The notes: generated by a model not told the origin, from the letters alone. A stretch of DNA of 64,000 bases from Bryobacterales bacterium (GCA_963422375.2 OY729427.2:1376001-1440000), one strand, 5' to 3'; shown: positions 1-9,410, counted from the stretch's first letter. Made by a program: numbers and translations.

Positions 1-510
1 CAGAGCGTCCAAGCGGTGCGCCGGCGGCGCGAATCCCTGATAGACCTCCCGGAACAGCGTGCTCAGGCCGCTGATCATCGGGTAGGCCAGAGCACAGGAC
101 ACCAGCGCGTCCTGCCATCGGAAGCTGCGCCGGGTCGTAGGGAAAAGCGCATACGGGAACGCGACGCAGGAGCAGAGCAGGGCCAGCCGGGACGCCGACC
201 AGAGCGAGGACCGGCCGGTCGGCACCGTATAGATTAGGTACGGCGCGACCGAGACAGCCACAAGGAGCGCAGCAAGTCGGACGGGCGCGAAATTGGTCCG
301 AACAACCTGGCGAGCCGCCCCCGACACAGCCCCGCAGTAGAGAGCGGCCTGCCAGCAGAACGCTGCCGTGACCGGCACCGCGATGCCGACCTCGAAGCCG
401 AAGCGGCGCGCCAGAGTCCATCCGGCGGCTGCCAGGATCGCGCAGAGGCCTGCCGTGCAGGCTAGAAACGGGCGCAGTCGCGGCTCGACGGCGCTGTCCG
501 CCGGAGTCAA
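1..510 (-). CDS. Integral membrane protein, runs off the left edge; possibly the N-terminal half of a CPBP/CAAX-family intramembrane protease
   Basis: Own translation from TTG at 510 is open to the edge (LTPADSAVEPRLRPFLACTAGLCAILAAAGW...LVAVSVAPYLIYTVP...WQDALVSCALAYPMISG...) with several hydrophobic helices. Not in the ORF track because it is incomplete. Family is tentative. Confidence 0.6.
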   Translation of the reverse strand, partial: MTPADSAVEPRLRPFLACTAGLCAILAAAGWTLARRFGFEVGIAVPVTAAFCWQAALYCGAVSGAARQVVRTNFAPVRLAALLVAVSVAPYLIYTVPTGRSSLWSASRLALLCSCVAFPYALFPTTRRSFRWQDALVSCALAYPMISGLSTLFREVYQGFAPPAHRLDAL

Positions 511-609
511 CGCATCTATCTTAGCGAGCGCGTCACAAGCCATTGCTGCCCTGGGCGATTCTTGGGAGCACCCCGTGCGTGCCGCGGATGTCCGGTACGA
601 GGCGGACCC

Positions 610-1120
610 TCAGGCCGGGAGGAGCCGCCTTCGAGGTGATTCACACATGCCGATGACCTCGACGGTGGCGTCGTCGAGGGCCGCGAAGAGCGAAGTGACC
701 CCGTTGCGCTTGCAGTCGTGCGTCAGCCGCTCCGGTACTTCGCGCCCCACCAGCAGCACCGGCTGGGTGCGATCGCGCGCCCGGAACCGCGAATTCCCGT
801 CCGCGCTCAGCATCACCACCCGCTCGGGCGAAGCTAGTTGCAGTCCGAGGATATCCCGGGAATTCTCGACGAACACGGGGTCTTGCGACAGCTATAGGGT
901 CTCGCTGCGATGCGGGTCGAGGGCGTCCGACTTAACGCCCGCCAGATGCGGCTCGCGCTGGAGGAACTGGAATCGAAGTCGCCGGCCATCGCGCAGGTGT
1001 TCCGGCGCGCGGCCTCGCAGGGCACGAACTCCAGCGCGCGGGTGAACATGCGCTGCACTTGCCAGCCGCGACGCGGGTAGTGCCGGGCGGGCGTTCCGCG
1101 GCGGCATCGCTGCGGACCTC
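610..1120 (-). pseudogene. IS630-family transposase remnant
   Basis: DRTQPVLLVGREVPERLTHDCKRNGVTSLFAALDDATVEVIG matches the IS630 motif DRTQP...[25 protein letters not shown]. Frameshifted and truncated. Confidence 0.8.
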
Positions 1121-1260
1121 GGCGCACTTCGTGACCATGCGAGCCGGCAAGGCCAGCGCCTAGGCGGTTTCCGACCGCTGCATCTTCTCGCGTCGCTGTG
1201 GTGACGGCTCCGGCACGGCTCTGGCGTGGTGGTTCGGCACCGTGCGTACCCCTTCCGATT

Positions 1261-2610
1261 GGGAATTATATATCTGAGCGCCGAGGCAACCTATTTGGCA
1301 AATTATCAATCCATAACTTAATTTGATATTTCTTCCGGATATCTGTTGACAGTCTGTAGAGTGTCTTGATAGAATAGTTCCAATATACGAGGTCGTCGTT
1401 GAAGAAGGCGAAGCAGAAAGGTCCCGGGAAGTGGTTTCGTAAAGGCATCACCTTGATCGAAGTGATTGCCATGTTCCCCGATGACGAATCCGCGGAAAAG
1501 TGGTTCGCCTCCGTGCGCTGGCCGGACGGTCCGGCATGCCCCCGCTGCCGCGGCTCCAGCGTGCAGTCCGGCGCGGCCCACCCTTCGATGCCGTACCGTT
1601 GCCGCGGTTGCGGCAAGCGCTTTTCCGTGCGCACCGGCAGCGTGATGGCCGACGCCAAGCTCGGCTACCGCGTCCGGGCCGTGGCCCTGTTCCTGCTGAC
1701 CACCGGCCTCCAGGGCGTCTCCGGCATGAAGCTGCACCGCGACCCGGGCATCAGCCGGAAGTCGGCCTGGCACTTGGCGCACCGCATCCGCGCGTGCCGG
1801 GAGCGGGATCGGGACCTGTTCGTCGGCCCGGTGGAAGTGGACGAGACCTGCGTCGGCGGCAAGGAGCGCAACAAGCACGAGAGCAAGAAGGCCCGCGCCG
1901 GGCGCGGGCCGGTCGGCAAGACCCCCGTGGCGGGCGCGCAGGTCCGCTCCGACGAGGCGGCGGCCTGCGCCGGCATGGAGGAGTTCTCGCACGAAGCCGT
2001 CAGGCACTCCGGCGGCGAGTACGTGCGCGGGACAGCGCATGCGAACGGCATCGAGTCGTTCCGGTCCCTGTTCAAGCGCGGCCTCTACGGAACCTATCAC
2101 CGGATGAGCGTCCGTCATTCGGGCCGCTACCTCACGGAGTTCGCGGGACGGCGCAACGCCCGCAACTGCGACACGGCGGAACGGATGCGGCGCATGGCGC
2201 GGGGCCCGGTCGGCCGGACGCTGACCTACCGGCAGCTGGTCGGCAAGGCCGCGGTCGCGGCCCGAGCACGGCCTGGCCGGTCCGCTGCGGCCTCTCTTCA
2301 CGCTCGGTGCGAAGGGCGCTCCGGATCCGGAATCCCGCGCCGCGACCGGTGTCCAGCCCGGACGATTCATAGATGCAGCCGCCCTGGAAGGGGAGCCTCT
2401 CCACGGCAATCCGGGTTCCACCGGGGCGCCCGAGGCGGCCTCTCCGGTCCGTGCGTCGCGAGATCCGCTTGCAGGCGCAATTCAGATACGAACCGACCTT
2501 TCGGCGCCCACCTCGGCCGCACACGAAAGATCCGAGCTAGACGCCGACGTCCCCAATCAGAGCAGTTCTAGCCGGATATGGCGTCGTCGGCACTCAGATA
2601 TGTAATTCCC
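1261..2610 (+). mobile_element. IS1595-family (ISXO2-like) insertion sequence, copy 1, both ends intact
   Basis: Imperfect ~24-bp TIRs GGGAATTATATATCTGAGCGCCGA / TCGGCACTCAGATATGTAATTCCC. 8-bp target duplication TTCCGATT at 1253-1260 and 2611-2618. Confidence 0.93.
1399..2571 (+). pseudogene. IS1595-family transposase, degenerate (99-bp in-frame deletion, stop lost at 2263)
   Basis: Zn-ribbon CPRC..CRGC and DDE motifs VEVDET, SDE, HANGIES. A segment present in copy 3 is missing. The TGA seen in copy 2 is CGA here, causing read-through. Confidence 0.85.
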
Positions 2611-3032
2611 TTCCGATTCCATCCTGAAGTCCTAGTCACATTAGGAGCCTTGCTAGCTCCCGAGCCGGCGAACCCCGAACCCGGACCGCCCGGTGCCCCG
2701 GCTCGATTCAAGGGACGGCCGACCGGGCTGGACACGGCGGACCGTGTCTTCAACCTCACGGCACAGCATCGCCCGTGGGTTGCCGAGTGCCCTCGGTCCA
2801 AGTTGATCGCGCCGGGGCCACGGTCACTTCGACGACACCCAGCCGGGCCGTGGCCGAGGCGACGCCTGCCCTCCCAGGTCGCGCAATGATGGATTGTGAA
2901 ACTCAGAGATCACGCGACAGTACTGAGGAGCGGGAAGGTCGTTTTTCCGTCCGAGCTCTCTGCTGAGACCAGTTCCTCCTCTTGAATGCAGTAGAATTTC
3001 TGCATGGATCCCTTCCACTTCGACGACTCTCG

Positions 3033-3354
3033 GTGATCCCGCATAAGCCTAAGATCGATGTCCAGAATTTCGTCGTCACACAATTCACTCTTGGCTATGT
3101 TCCTGAAGAACTCGCGCAGAACTTCGGCATCGGAACCGTCAAGTCTTGGGTGGCTAGATTCGTCGCCGGAGGCATGGCGGCCCTAGACGACCGGCCCAAG
3201 AAAGGACGACCTCGCATCATGACCGAGGACCACGCGCAATGCATCTTCCATACTGTTGTCGATGATAATCCCCAACAGCTCAAGTTAGAGTTCGCCCATT
3301 GGACGGTCCAGCGAGTCGGTCTGGCCCTCATCGACGAGGTCGGCATCGAGGTCA
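3033..3354 (+). pseudogene. IS630-family transposase N-terminal HTH fragment
   Basis: TVKSWVARFVAGGMAALDDRPKKGRPR...DNPQQLKLEFAHWT is typical of the IS630 winged-HTH region. No DDE domain follows. Confidence 0.75.
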
Positions 3355-3967
3355 GGGGACGCAGAATGGACAGCCGAGGCCGAGTTCGCGAAGACGGTCC
3401 GCACGAGGGAGGCGGGGCCGCCCGCCGTGCGGGCCGGCTACACTCTCTTGGACGTCTCCCGAGTCGCCTTGGAGGGTCCCGGCTTGGAAGCGAGCCCCGT
3501 CGCGGCGCTGTTCCGATTCGAGCGCAACAGGAACTCGACGCGGGTGGCGGCGCTGGCGCGGGAGCTGCTGGACCGTCTCGAGCGGGTCGGCGCCATGCAA
3601 GCGTGGAGAGTTCCGGCACTGGCTGGACAACTGGCTGCCCCGCCGCTTTCCGGGGCAGACGCTGCCGGACTTCGATGACCGAGAGGAGATGGACAAGATG
3701 CTTGCAGAGAGAGTCGCCTTCTGGGAAGAACAACTCCGGAACGAAGGCGAACGGAAGGGCGAGAGCAGAGGCGTCCAGCGGACCGAGGCACGTCAGAAGG
3801 CGCGTCTGGAGCGACAGGCTCGCCTGCGCTTCGGTGACTCGGTGACGCGACAGCTCGGCGACTGGCTCCAGTCGCGCTCCGGCCCGAAGGGACTGGACGA
3901 AGCCGCGGACTGGATCGTGATTTGTGACTCCGCGGACGACTTGCTCGCCCGCATCCGAGCCGAGTGA
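3355..3967 (+). pseudogene. Rpn-family (PD-(D/E)XK recombination-promoting nuclease) 3' fragment, frameshift near 3605
   Basis: GDAEWTA...YTLLDV...SPVAALFRFER, then frameshift to WLPRRFPG...MLAERVAFWEEQLRNEG...LRFG...LDEAADWIVICDSADDLLARI. Collinear with the C-terminal half of the Rpn at 21368-22382. Confidence 0.8.
3698..3967 (+). CDS. Candidate small intragenic Rpn protein (RpnS-like antitoxin), 89 aa
   Basis: AGGAG at 3684-3688, 9 nt before ATG 3698; frame open to TGA. Function inferred from the known RpnL/RpnS architecture. Confidence 0.45.
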   Translation: MLAERVAFWEEQLRNEGERKGESRGVQRTEARQKARLERQARLRFGDSVTRQLGDWLQSRSGPKGLDEAADWIVICDSADDLLARIRAE

Positions 3968-4211
3968 GGAGATCGCGATTCTCCTTCCGGGACCAAGGCA
4001 GTTCCCGCCTCGGGTCGCTTCCGTCGCCAGCGAAATCAAGTCCACAGGCCCGTCGGGGCCTTGGTCAAGGCGCTCACGGAGTGCATCTAGCGGTTCGGAT
4101 CAGTGGCGGCTCGGAGGGCCGCCGCTGACCCGGCGAAACGATCTCGGCGACCTGCGAGGCCGAGAGATGCAGCTGATCGATACTGCCCTTCCATGTAGAA
4201 TCGAAGCACTC

Positions 4212-4796
4212 ATGCGCCTCCTCGCAGCCGCTCTCGCGCTTTGCATCACGCCGGCCGCCCAGCCGACGGGCCATCTGGGCAAGGCGCTGCCGGAGTGGAT
4301 GTCCGACCTCGAATCGGCAGAGGGCGTGACTCGCGTGGTTGCCGCTCGCTCTATCGGGGAGATGGCGCTGGCGGGCTGGGAGGGGGCCGAGCGCGCGCTG
4401 ATCGCGGCCGCCGCTCATCGCGATGGTTCCGTGCGATTCTGGGCCGTGACGGCGCTGGCCCGGCTGCGTGAACGATCCCCGCAGGGGCTCGATACGCTGC
4501 GCAGGGCGCTCGAGGATGCCGTCCCGGAGGTCCGCGTCCAAGGGGCCCGCGGGCTGGTCGGCTCGCCCGCGGAGCGGGCCGGCCTCGACACTCTCGCGGA
4601 GCTCCTGTCTCACCCCAATCCCGGAGTGCGCCTGCATGCCGCCCACGCGGCGGATGCTATCGGCGACAGGGCCGGCCCGCTCGCCGACAAGCTTCGAGCG
4701 GCGACGAGCGACCCGTTCGACTACGTCCAGCGAGTCGCCCGACATGCTCTCTGGACGCTGGGGCAACGGCCGTGCCCCTACCGCGAGTGCCTGTGA
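4212..4796 (+). CDS. HEAT-repeat protein with signal peptide
   Basis: MRLLAAALALC leader and repeated D..VR..A..AL HEAT/PBS-lyase-like units. Directly upstream of the sulfatase. Confidence 0.8.
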   Translation: MRLLAAALALCITPAAQPTGHLGKALPEWMSDLESAEGVTRVVAARSIGEMALAGWEGAERALIAAAAHRDGSVRFWAVTALARLRERSPQGLDTLRRALEDAVPEVRVQGARGLVGSPAERAGLDTLAELLSHPNPGVRLHAAHAADAIGDRAGPLADKLRAATSDPFDYVQRVARHALWTLGQRPCPYRECL

Positions 4797-4807
4797 GGCA
4801 TACCGGC

Positions 4808-6394
4808 ATGAGAACGACTCGCCTCGCCTTCCTTGCCGCAGTCTTGGCGGCCGTTGCCGCGACCGTGCTCGCGGCCAAGCCCCCGAACATTCTCTGGCTG
4901 TCGATCGAGGACACCGGCCAGCAGGTGGAGCCCTACGATCCGTACGCCCGCACGCCGAACATCGCCCGGCTGGCCCGGGAAGGGGTGGCGTTCCTCGAGG
5001 CGTATTCCCATTCGCCGGTTTGCGCGCCGACGCGCTCTGGCATCATCACCGGCATGTACCCGACCGCGATCGGGACGCACCACATGCGGTCGCGGATGGC
5101 CCCGCCACCGTTCGTGCGCGCCTTTCCCGAGCGCCTGCGGGAGCTCGGCTACTACGCCACCAACAACTCGAAGACCGACTACAACTTTCCCGTGCCGGTC
5201 ACGGCCTGGGACGACTCCAGCCGCACCGCGCACTGGAAGAACCGGCCCGACCCCGACCAGCCGTTCTTCGCGGTCTTCAACTTCGGCAGCTCCCACGAGG
5301 GCTCCGTGCGCCGCCAGTTCCAAGCCCGGTCGGAAGATCCCGAAACGGCCATCCACGACGCCGCGCGCCTGCCGCTGCCGCCGTACTACCCGGACACCCC
5401 CAAGGTGCGCGACGCCTGGGCCGCCTACTACGACGTGGTCACGACGACCGACCGCGTGATCGGCGAGATGCTGGACGAGCTAGAGCAGGCGGGCCTGGCC
5501 GACGAGACCCTAGTGGTCTTCTGGGGAGACCACGGGGCGGGTCTCGCGCGCGCGAAACGCTGGATCTACGACTCCGGCCTGAAGATTCCGCTCATCATGC
5601 GCTGGCCGGGCAGGATCGAGCCGGGCACGCTGCGAGCCGATCTGGTGCAGTTCCTCGACCTCGCGCCGACGATGATATCCGTCGCGGGCGGGCGGCCGCC
5701 GGCGCACCTGCACGGGAGGGTGATCCTGGGCGACGCGCGGGGACCCGAGCCCGCGTACCTGTACCACGGTCGAGACCGGATGGACGAGCGCTACGACATG
5801 ATCCGAGGCGTGCGCGACCGCGGGCATCTGTATGTCCGGAACTTCGAGTCGCACCGTCCGTGGGTGCAGTTCATGCGCACCCCCAGCCAAGGCCCGGTCT
5901 ACCAGGAGCTAGCGCGACTCAAGGGCACCGGCGGCCTCGGCCCGCTCGCCAGGCCGTTCATGCAGGACACCAAGCCCTACGAGGAGCTCTACGACGTCCG
6001 GGCCGACCCCCACCAAGTCTTCAACCTAGCCTCGGATCCCGCCTACGCGGACGTGCTGCGGCGGCTGCGAGGGGAGCTGCTGGACTGGATGCGACGCACC
6101 GACGACAAGGGCCTGGTGCCCGAGCCCGAACTCTACCGCCGGATGTTCGACAACGAGTCGAGCGCCGAGACCGAGCCTCCGCGCGCGCGCAAGGCCCCTG
6201 GCCGCGACGGGACGGTCAGGGTGAGCTTGGCAGCCCGAACCCGGGGAGCCTCGCTGGGTTTCCGGCTCGTCGCAGGCGACGGCCGCTGGCTGCCCTACAC
6301 GGGCGAGATCGTTCTCGGGCGAGGGCAGGCGCTGGAAGCGATCTCCCAGCGCCTCGGATTCGCGCCCAGCGCCGTCGTTGCCGTCAGCAACTGA
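4808..6394 (+). CDS. Sulfatase (formylglycine-dependent, Cys type), secreted
   Basis: PNILWLSIED, CAPTRSGIITG (CxPxR), GDHG and EELYD...DP motifs; signal peptide. Confidence 0.95.
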   Translation: MRTTRLAFLAAVLAAVAATVLAAKPPNILWLSIEDTGQQVEPYDPYARTPNIARLAREGVAFLEAYSHSPVCAPTRSGIITGMYPTAIGTHHMRSRMAPPPFVRAFPERLRELGYYATNNSKTDYNFPVPVTAWDDSSRTAHWKNRPDPDQPFFAVFNFGSSHEGSVRRQFQARSEDPETAIHDAARLPLPPYYPDTPKVRDAWAAYYDVVTTTDRVIGEMLDELEQAGLADETLVVFWGDHGAGLARAKRWIYDSGLKIPLIMRWPGRIEPGTLRADLVQFLDLAPTMISVAGGRPPAHLHGRVILGDARGPEPAYLYHGRDRMDERYDMIRGVRDRGHLYVRNFESHRPWVQFMRTPSQGPVYQELARLKGTGGLGPLARPFMQDTKPYEELYDVRADPHQVFNLASDPAYADVLRRLRGELLDWMRRTDDKGLVPEPELYRRMFDNESSAETEPPRARKAPGRDGTVRVSLAARTRGASLGFRLVAGDGRWLPYTGEIVLGRGQALEAISQRLGFAPSAVVAVSN

Positions 6395-6399
6395 CGCTC

Positions 6400-6426
6400 C
6401 GCGCCCGCCGTCAGACGGCGGGCGCG
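6400..6426. terminator. Perfect inverted repeat between convergent genes, probable bidirectional terminator
   Basis: CGCGCCCGCCGTC-A-GACGGCGGGCGCG (13-bp arms) between the sulfatase and peroxidase stops. No U-tract. Confidence 0.6.
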
Positions 6427-6442
6427 CCGTCCGGCCCGCCTG

Positions 6443-7504
6443 CTACGGCAGCGTCGGCTCCTCGATCCCGTACTCGACGTCCAGCGCCTTGAGGAATGCC
6501 ATCAGGTCTTCCTTCTCGGTATCGGACAGGTTGGCATTCTTGGCGTCGGCGAGGTTCTTCTCGTCCAGCCACTCGTTCTCCCTGCCGCCGTCGAGCATCA
6601 GGTCGACGGCCTCTTCCAGCGTAGCCACGCTGCCGTCGTGGAAGTACGGGGCGGACTTGGAGATGTCGAAGAGGCTGGGCGTCTTGAACGCCCCGGTGTC
6701 CTCCTCGGCGCCCGAGACCTTGGCGCGCCCCACGTCGGGACTCTCCGCGTCCATGCCGATACCGACATTGTGGTACTGCTTGTCGGCCAGCAAGCGGCCG
6801 TCGTGGCAGTTGGTGCACTTGGCCTTCTCGGAGAAGATCGTCCAGCCCCTTAGTTCCTGCTCGTTCAAGGCCGCCTCGTTGCCGGCCATGTATTCGATGA
6901 AGCGAGAATTCTCGGTGGTGGTCACGATGGTGCGCATGAAGGACGCCACCGCCAAGGACACGTTGTCGGGAGTCGCGGGTCCGCCGAAGACCGCCTCGAA
7001 CTGGTCCGCGTAGCCGGGAATTTCGTTGAGCTTGGCGCAGATATCGTCCATCGACGGCGCGCCGTCGTTGCCGGACGCGCCCATGTTGCCTCCGCTCCAA
7101 GCGCCCTGCACCTGCTTCTCGAGCGCCCCCGAGCGCCCGTCCCAGTACAGCGCGTCGTAGTAGCCCACGTTCCACATCGTCGGGGCGGCCCTAGTCAGCT
7201 GCTTGTCGAACGCGCCCAAGGCCGTGGCACGGCCGTCGGTCAGGCCGTGTTCCTTGAGATGGCAGCCGTAGCAGGAGCGATTGCCGTCGCCGCTCAGACG
7301 CTCGTCGTAGTAGAGCTGCTTTCCGAGCGCGACCTTGGCCTCGGTCAGGGGATTGTCGGCGGGAACCACCATCTCCTCGTAGCCGGCGATTTCCGGCCAG
7401 GCCGGCGGCTGGGCCGAAGGTTCGGCCGGCGGCTCCCCGTCTCCTGTGCAGTGCAGCATGAGCAGCGACAGGGTCAGCGCAAGGCAGGCGTGCAATCGAG
7501 TCAT
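6443..7504 (-). CDS. Di-haem cytochrome c peroxidase/MauG-superfamily lipoprotein
   Basis: Two CxxCH motifs (CYGCH, CTNCH), LGKQLYYDERLS, YWDGR, FKTPSL, APYFHDGS; lipobox-like MLHC. Confidence 0.93.
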   Translation of the reverse strand: MTRLHACLALTLSLLMLHCTGDGEPPAEPSAQPPAWPEIAGYEEMVVPADNPLTEAKVALGKQLYYDERLSGDGNRSCYGCHLKEHGLTDGRATALGAFDKQLTRAAPTMWNVGYYDALYWDGRSGALEKQVQGAWSGGNMGASGNDGAPSMDDICAKLNEIPGYADQFEAVFGGPATPDNVSLAVASFMRTIVTTTENSRFIEYMAGNEAALNEQELRGWTIFSEKAKCTNCHDGRLLADKQYHNVGIGMDAESPDVGRAKVSGAEEDTGAFKTPSLFDISKSAPYFHDGSVATLEEAVDLMLDGGRENEWLDEKNLADAKNANLSDTEKEDLMAFLKALDVEYGIEEPTLP

Positions 7505-7563
7505 TCCAGGATCTCCTCAGGCGCGCGGCCCGGCGGTCGGAGTCCGGTACCGCGCACGGGGCC

Positions 7564-7569
7564 ATTATA
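7564..7569 (-). promoter_or_regulatory. Candidate sigma70 -10 box for the peroxidase gene
   Basis: TATAAT on the minus strand about 60 nt upstream of the ATG, conspicuous in GC-rich DNA. Confidence 0.5.
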
Positions 7570-7674
7570 CTTGCCCGCCAAGCCGCCACCGAACGGGCAA
7601 TCGCGCACCCGGCCGAGACGCGCGGACTGTCGAAGACCTAGGCCGGCGCGGCGCGAACCCGCATGCAGGGCGGG

Positions 7675-9315
7675 CTAGAGCGAAGGCACCGGGCGCGTCT
7701 CGGATCCGAACAGGAATTCGCTGGCCCGAGCGAGCTCGCCGGGAGGCGGACGGACGACGCGGGGACGCACCAGGACCAGAAGCTCCCGACGGCTCCAGCG
7801 ACGCTCGTTCCGCCGAAACAGCGCGCCGAGCCACGGGATCTGTCGCAGACCCGCCAGCCCGCCCGAAAGCCTCCGGCGCTCGTAGACCGCGGTCCCGGAG
7901 ACGATCGCGAACTCGCCCGTCCGCAGGCGGACCCGCGACTGGAACTCGCGGTTGCCCAGAACTGGAACGCCGTTGACCGCTCCCCCGGCAAGAAACTTGA
8001 AGCTCGCCTCCAGCAGCAGCGTGACCTCGGCCGAGCTGTGGATCAGCGGCGTGACCGAAAGCACCAAGCCGAGATCCTGGAAGGTGATGCTCGGGGGCGG
8101 CTGGACGTAGCCCTCGCCCCTGGGCCGCGACCCGCCAGAGGAGTACTGCGCGGTCGCGATCGGATAGCTCTCCCCGACCTTGAAGTCGGCCTTCGCGCCG
8201 TGCAGGCTCCGGACCTGCGCGTTGCGGAGCGACTCCGCCGCGCTGGCGTCGAGGCGGGCCTCGAGCGATGCATCGCCGACGGTCAACCCGAGCAGCGTGT
8301 CGCCCCCGCCGACAGCGATCAGCCTCGCCGTTCCGGCGGCACCGGGCGTCGCACCGAAGAGAGTGCTGAGGTTCGCGACCGGGAAGCTCGCGGGCAGGTC
8401 GATTCCCGCGCGAACCTGTCGCGATCTCGCGACGGTCAGCAGCCGGATATCAAGGATCGCCGCGGCGGGCGGGTGCAGGAGATCCCCGAGCAGCAGGCGC
8501 GCCATGTCCACCTTGGACACTGTGTCCCGCAAGAGGACGCCCCCCGCCGAGGTCGGGGCCTGCAGCCGCCGGATATCGAGGACCTGCTGCACGGCCTGGC
8601 TGACCTGGGCCACGTCCTCGGGCGTGAACGCGCCGTCGATGGGAATCTTGGCGAAAGCGGCGGTCTCGAGCTCCGCCCGGCGGTCGCTGCTGTCGGTCGC
8701 GACCAGCAGGACGTCGTCGCCTAGCGGCACGGCGAAGGCCCTGCCGAGTTCGCCTAGGGCTCTCATCACGCACAGGAAGCCGCATTCCGAGAGATCCGCG
8801 CGAATCCGCCGGTCGGCGTCGAAATCCTCGTGGAAGACCACCCGCACCCCGAACTCCGCGACCGCCTCCGCGTAGGCCTCGCGGAGCGAGCCGCGGAACT
8901 GAAAGGACGCCGCGTGGCCGGCATAGCGCAGCCGCCTGGGCCGGGTGATCGCCGGCGTGCGACCGGGAGCGGGCGCCGCGCCTGCGTCGCCGGCGTTCCG
9001 CCGCTCGCCTGCGAGCCGCTCGAACTCCCACGAGTCGGGGGCCATCTCGATGGCCGCCCGGTGCTCTCCGGCGGCAGCCAGCAGCTGGGCGGCCTGCCGT
9101 CTGACGCGACCGGCGGCGCGAGCGTACTCGAGCCGCGCCGGATCCAGCGCGCGGGCGCGGCTGTACAGCAGGTACGCCTCGACGTGGCGCCCCTGCCTGC
9201 TGGCGCGGTTCGCCTTCCGGAACAGGTCGTCCGCCGCGCTGCCCGCGAGCGCCGCCGGAACCATGAGCAGCGCCGCCAAAGCGGCGCGAGCGAGTCGGCG
9301 CGAGGCAGCCCCCAT
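7675..9315 (-). CDS. Secretin (type II/III secretion system protein D family) with N-terminal TPR-like region
   Basis: C-terminal FKVGESYPI...DLGLVLSVTPLI...VRLRTGEFAIVSG...IPWLGALFR...ELLVLVRPRVV secretin signature. Confidence 0.85.
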   Translation of the reverse strand: MGAASRRLARAALAALLMVPAALAGSAADDLFRKANRASRQGRHVEAYLLYSRARALDPARLEYARAAGRVRRQAAQLLAAAGEHRAAIEMAPDSWEFERLAGERRNAGDAGAAPAPGRTPAITRPRRLRYAGHAASFQFRGSLREAYAEAVAEFGVRVVFHEDFDADRRIRADLSECGFLCVMRALGELGRAFAVPLGDDVLLVATDSSDRRAELETAAFAKIPIDGAFTPEDVAQVSQAVQQVLDIRRLQAPTSAGGVLLRDTVSKVDMARLLLGDLLHPPAAAILDIRLLTVARSRQVRAGIDLPASFPVANLSTLFGATPGAAGTARLIAVGGGDTLLGLTVGDASLEARLDASAAESLRNAQVRSLHGAKADFKVGESYPIATAQYSSGGSRPRGEGYVQPPPSITFQDLGLVLSVTPLIHSSAEVTLLLEASFKFLAGGAVNGVPVLGNREFQSRVRLRTGEFAIVSGTAVYERRRLSGGLAGLRQIPWLGALFRRNERRWSRRELLVLVRPRVVRPPPGELARASEFLFGSETRPVPSL

Positions 9316-9410
9316 CAAACTCAGGACGCTTGGGCGGGCATGGCCGTGGAAGGCGGTCGCCGAGCTCCCTAGCCCGAGGAGCTACGGGTCGCTCGCAGGG
9401 ACGGGCGTCA

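Noticed and set aside
4468..6492. Long alternative-frame and antisense ORFs (e.g. 4468..6492, 26490..28403, 32365..34401, 49389..51362)
   Set aside because: They overlap well-supported genes and have the low-complexity composition expected of stop-poor frames in high-GC DNA.
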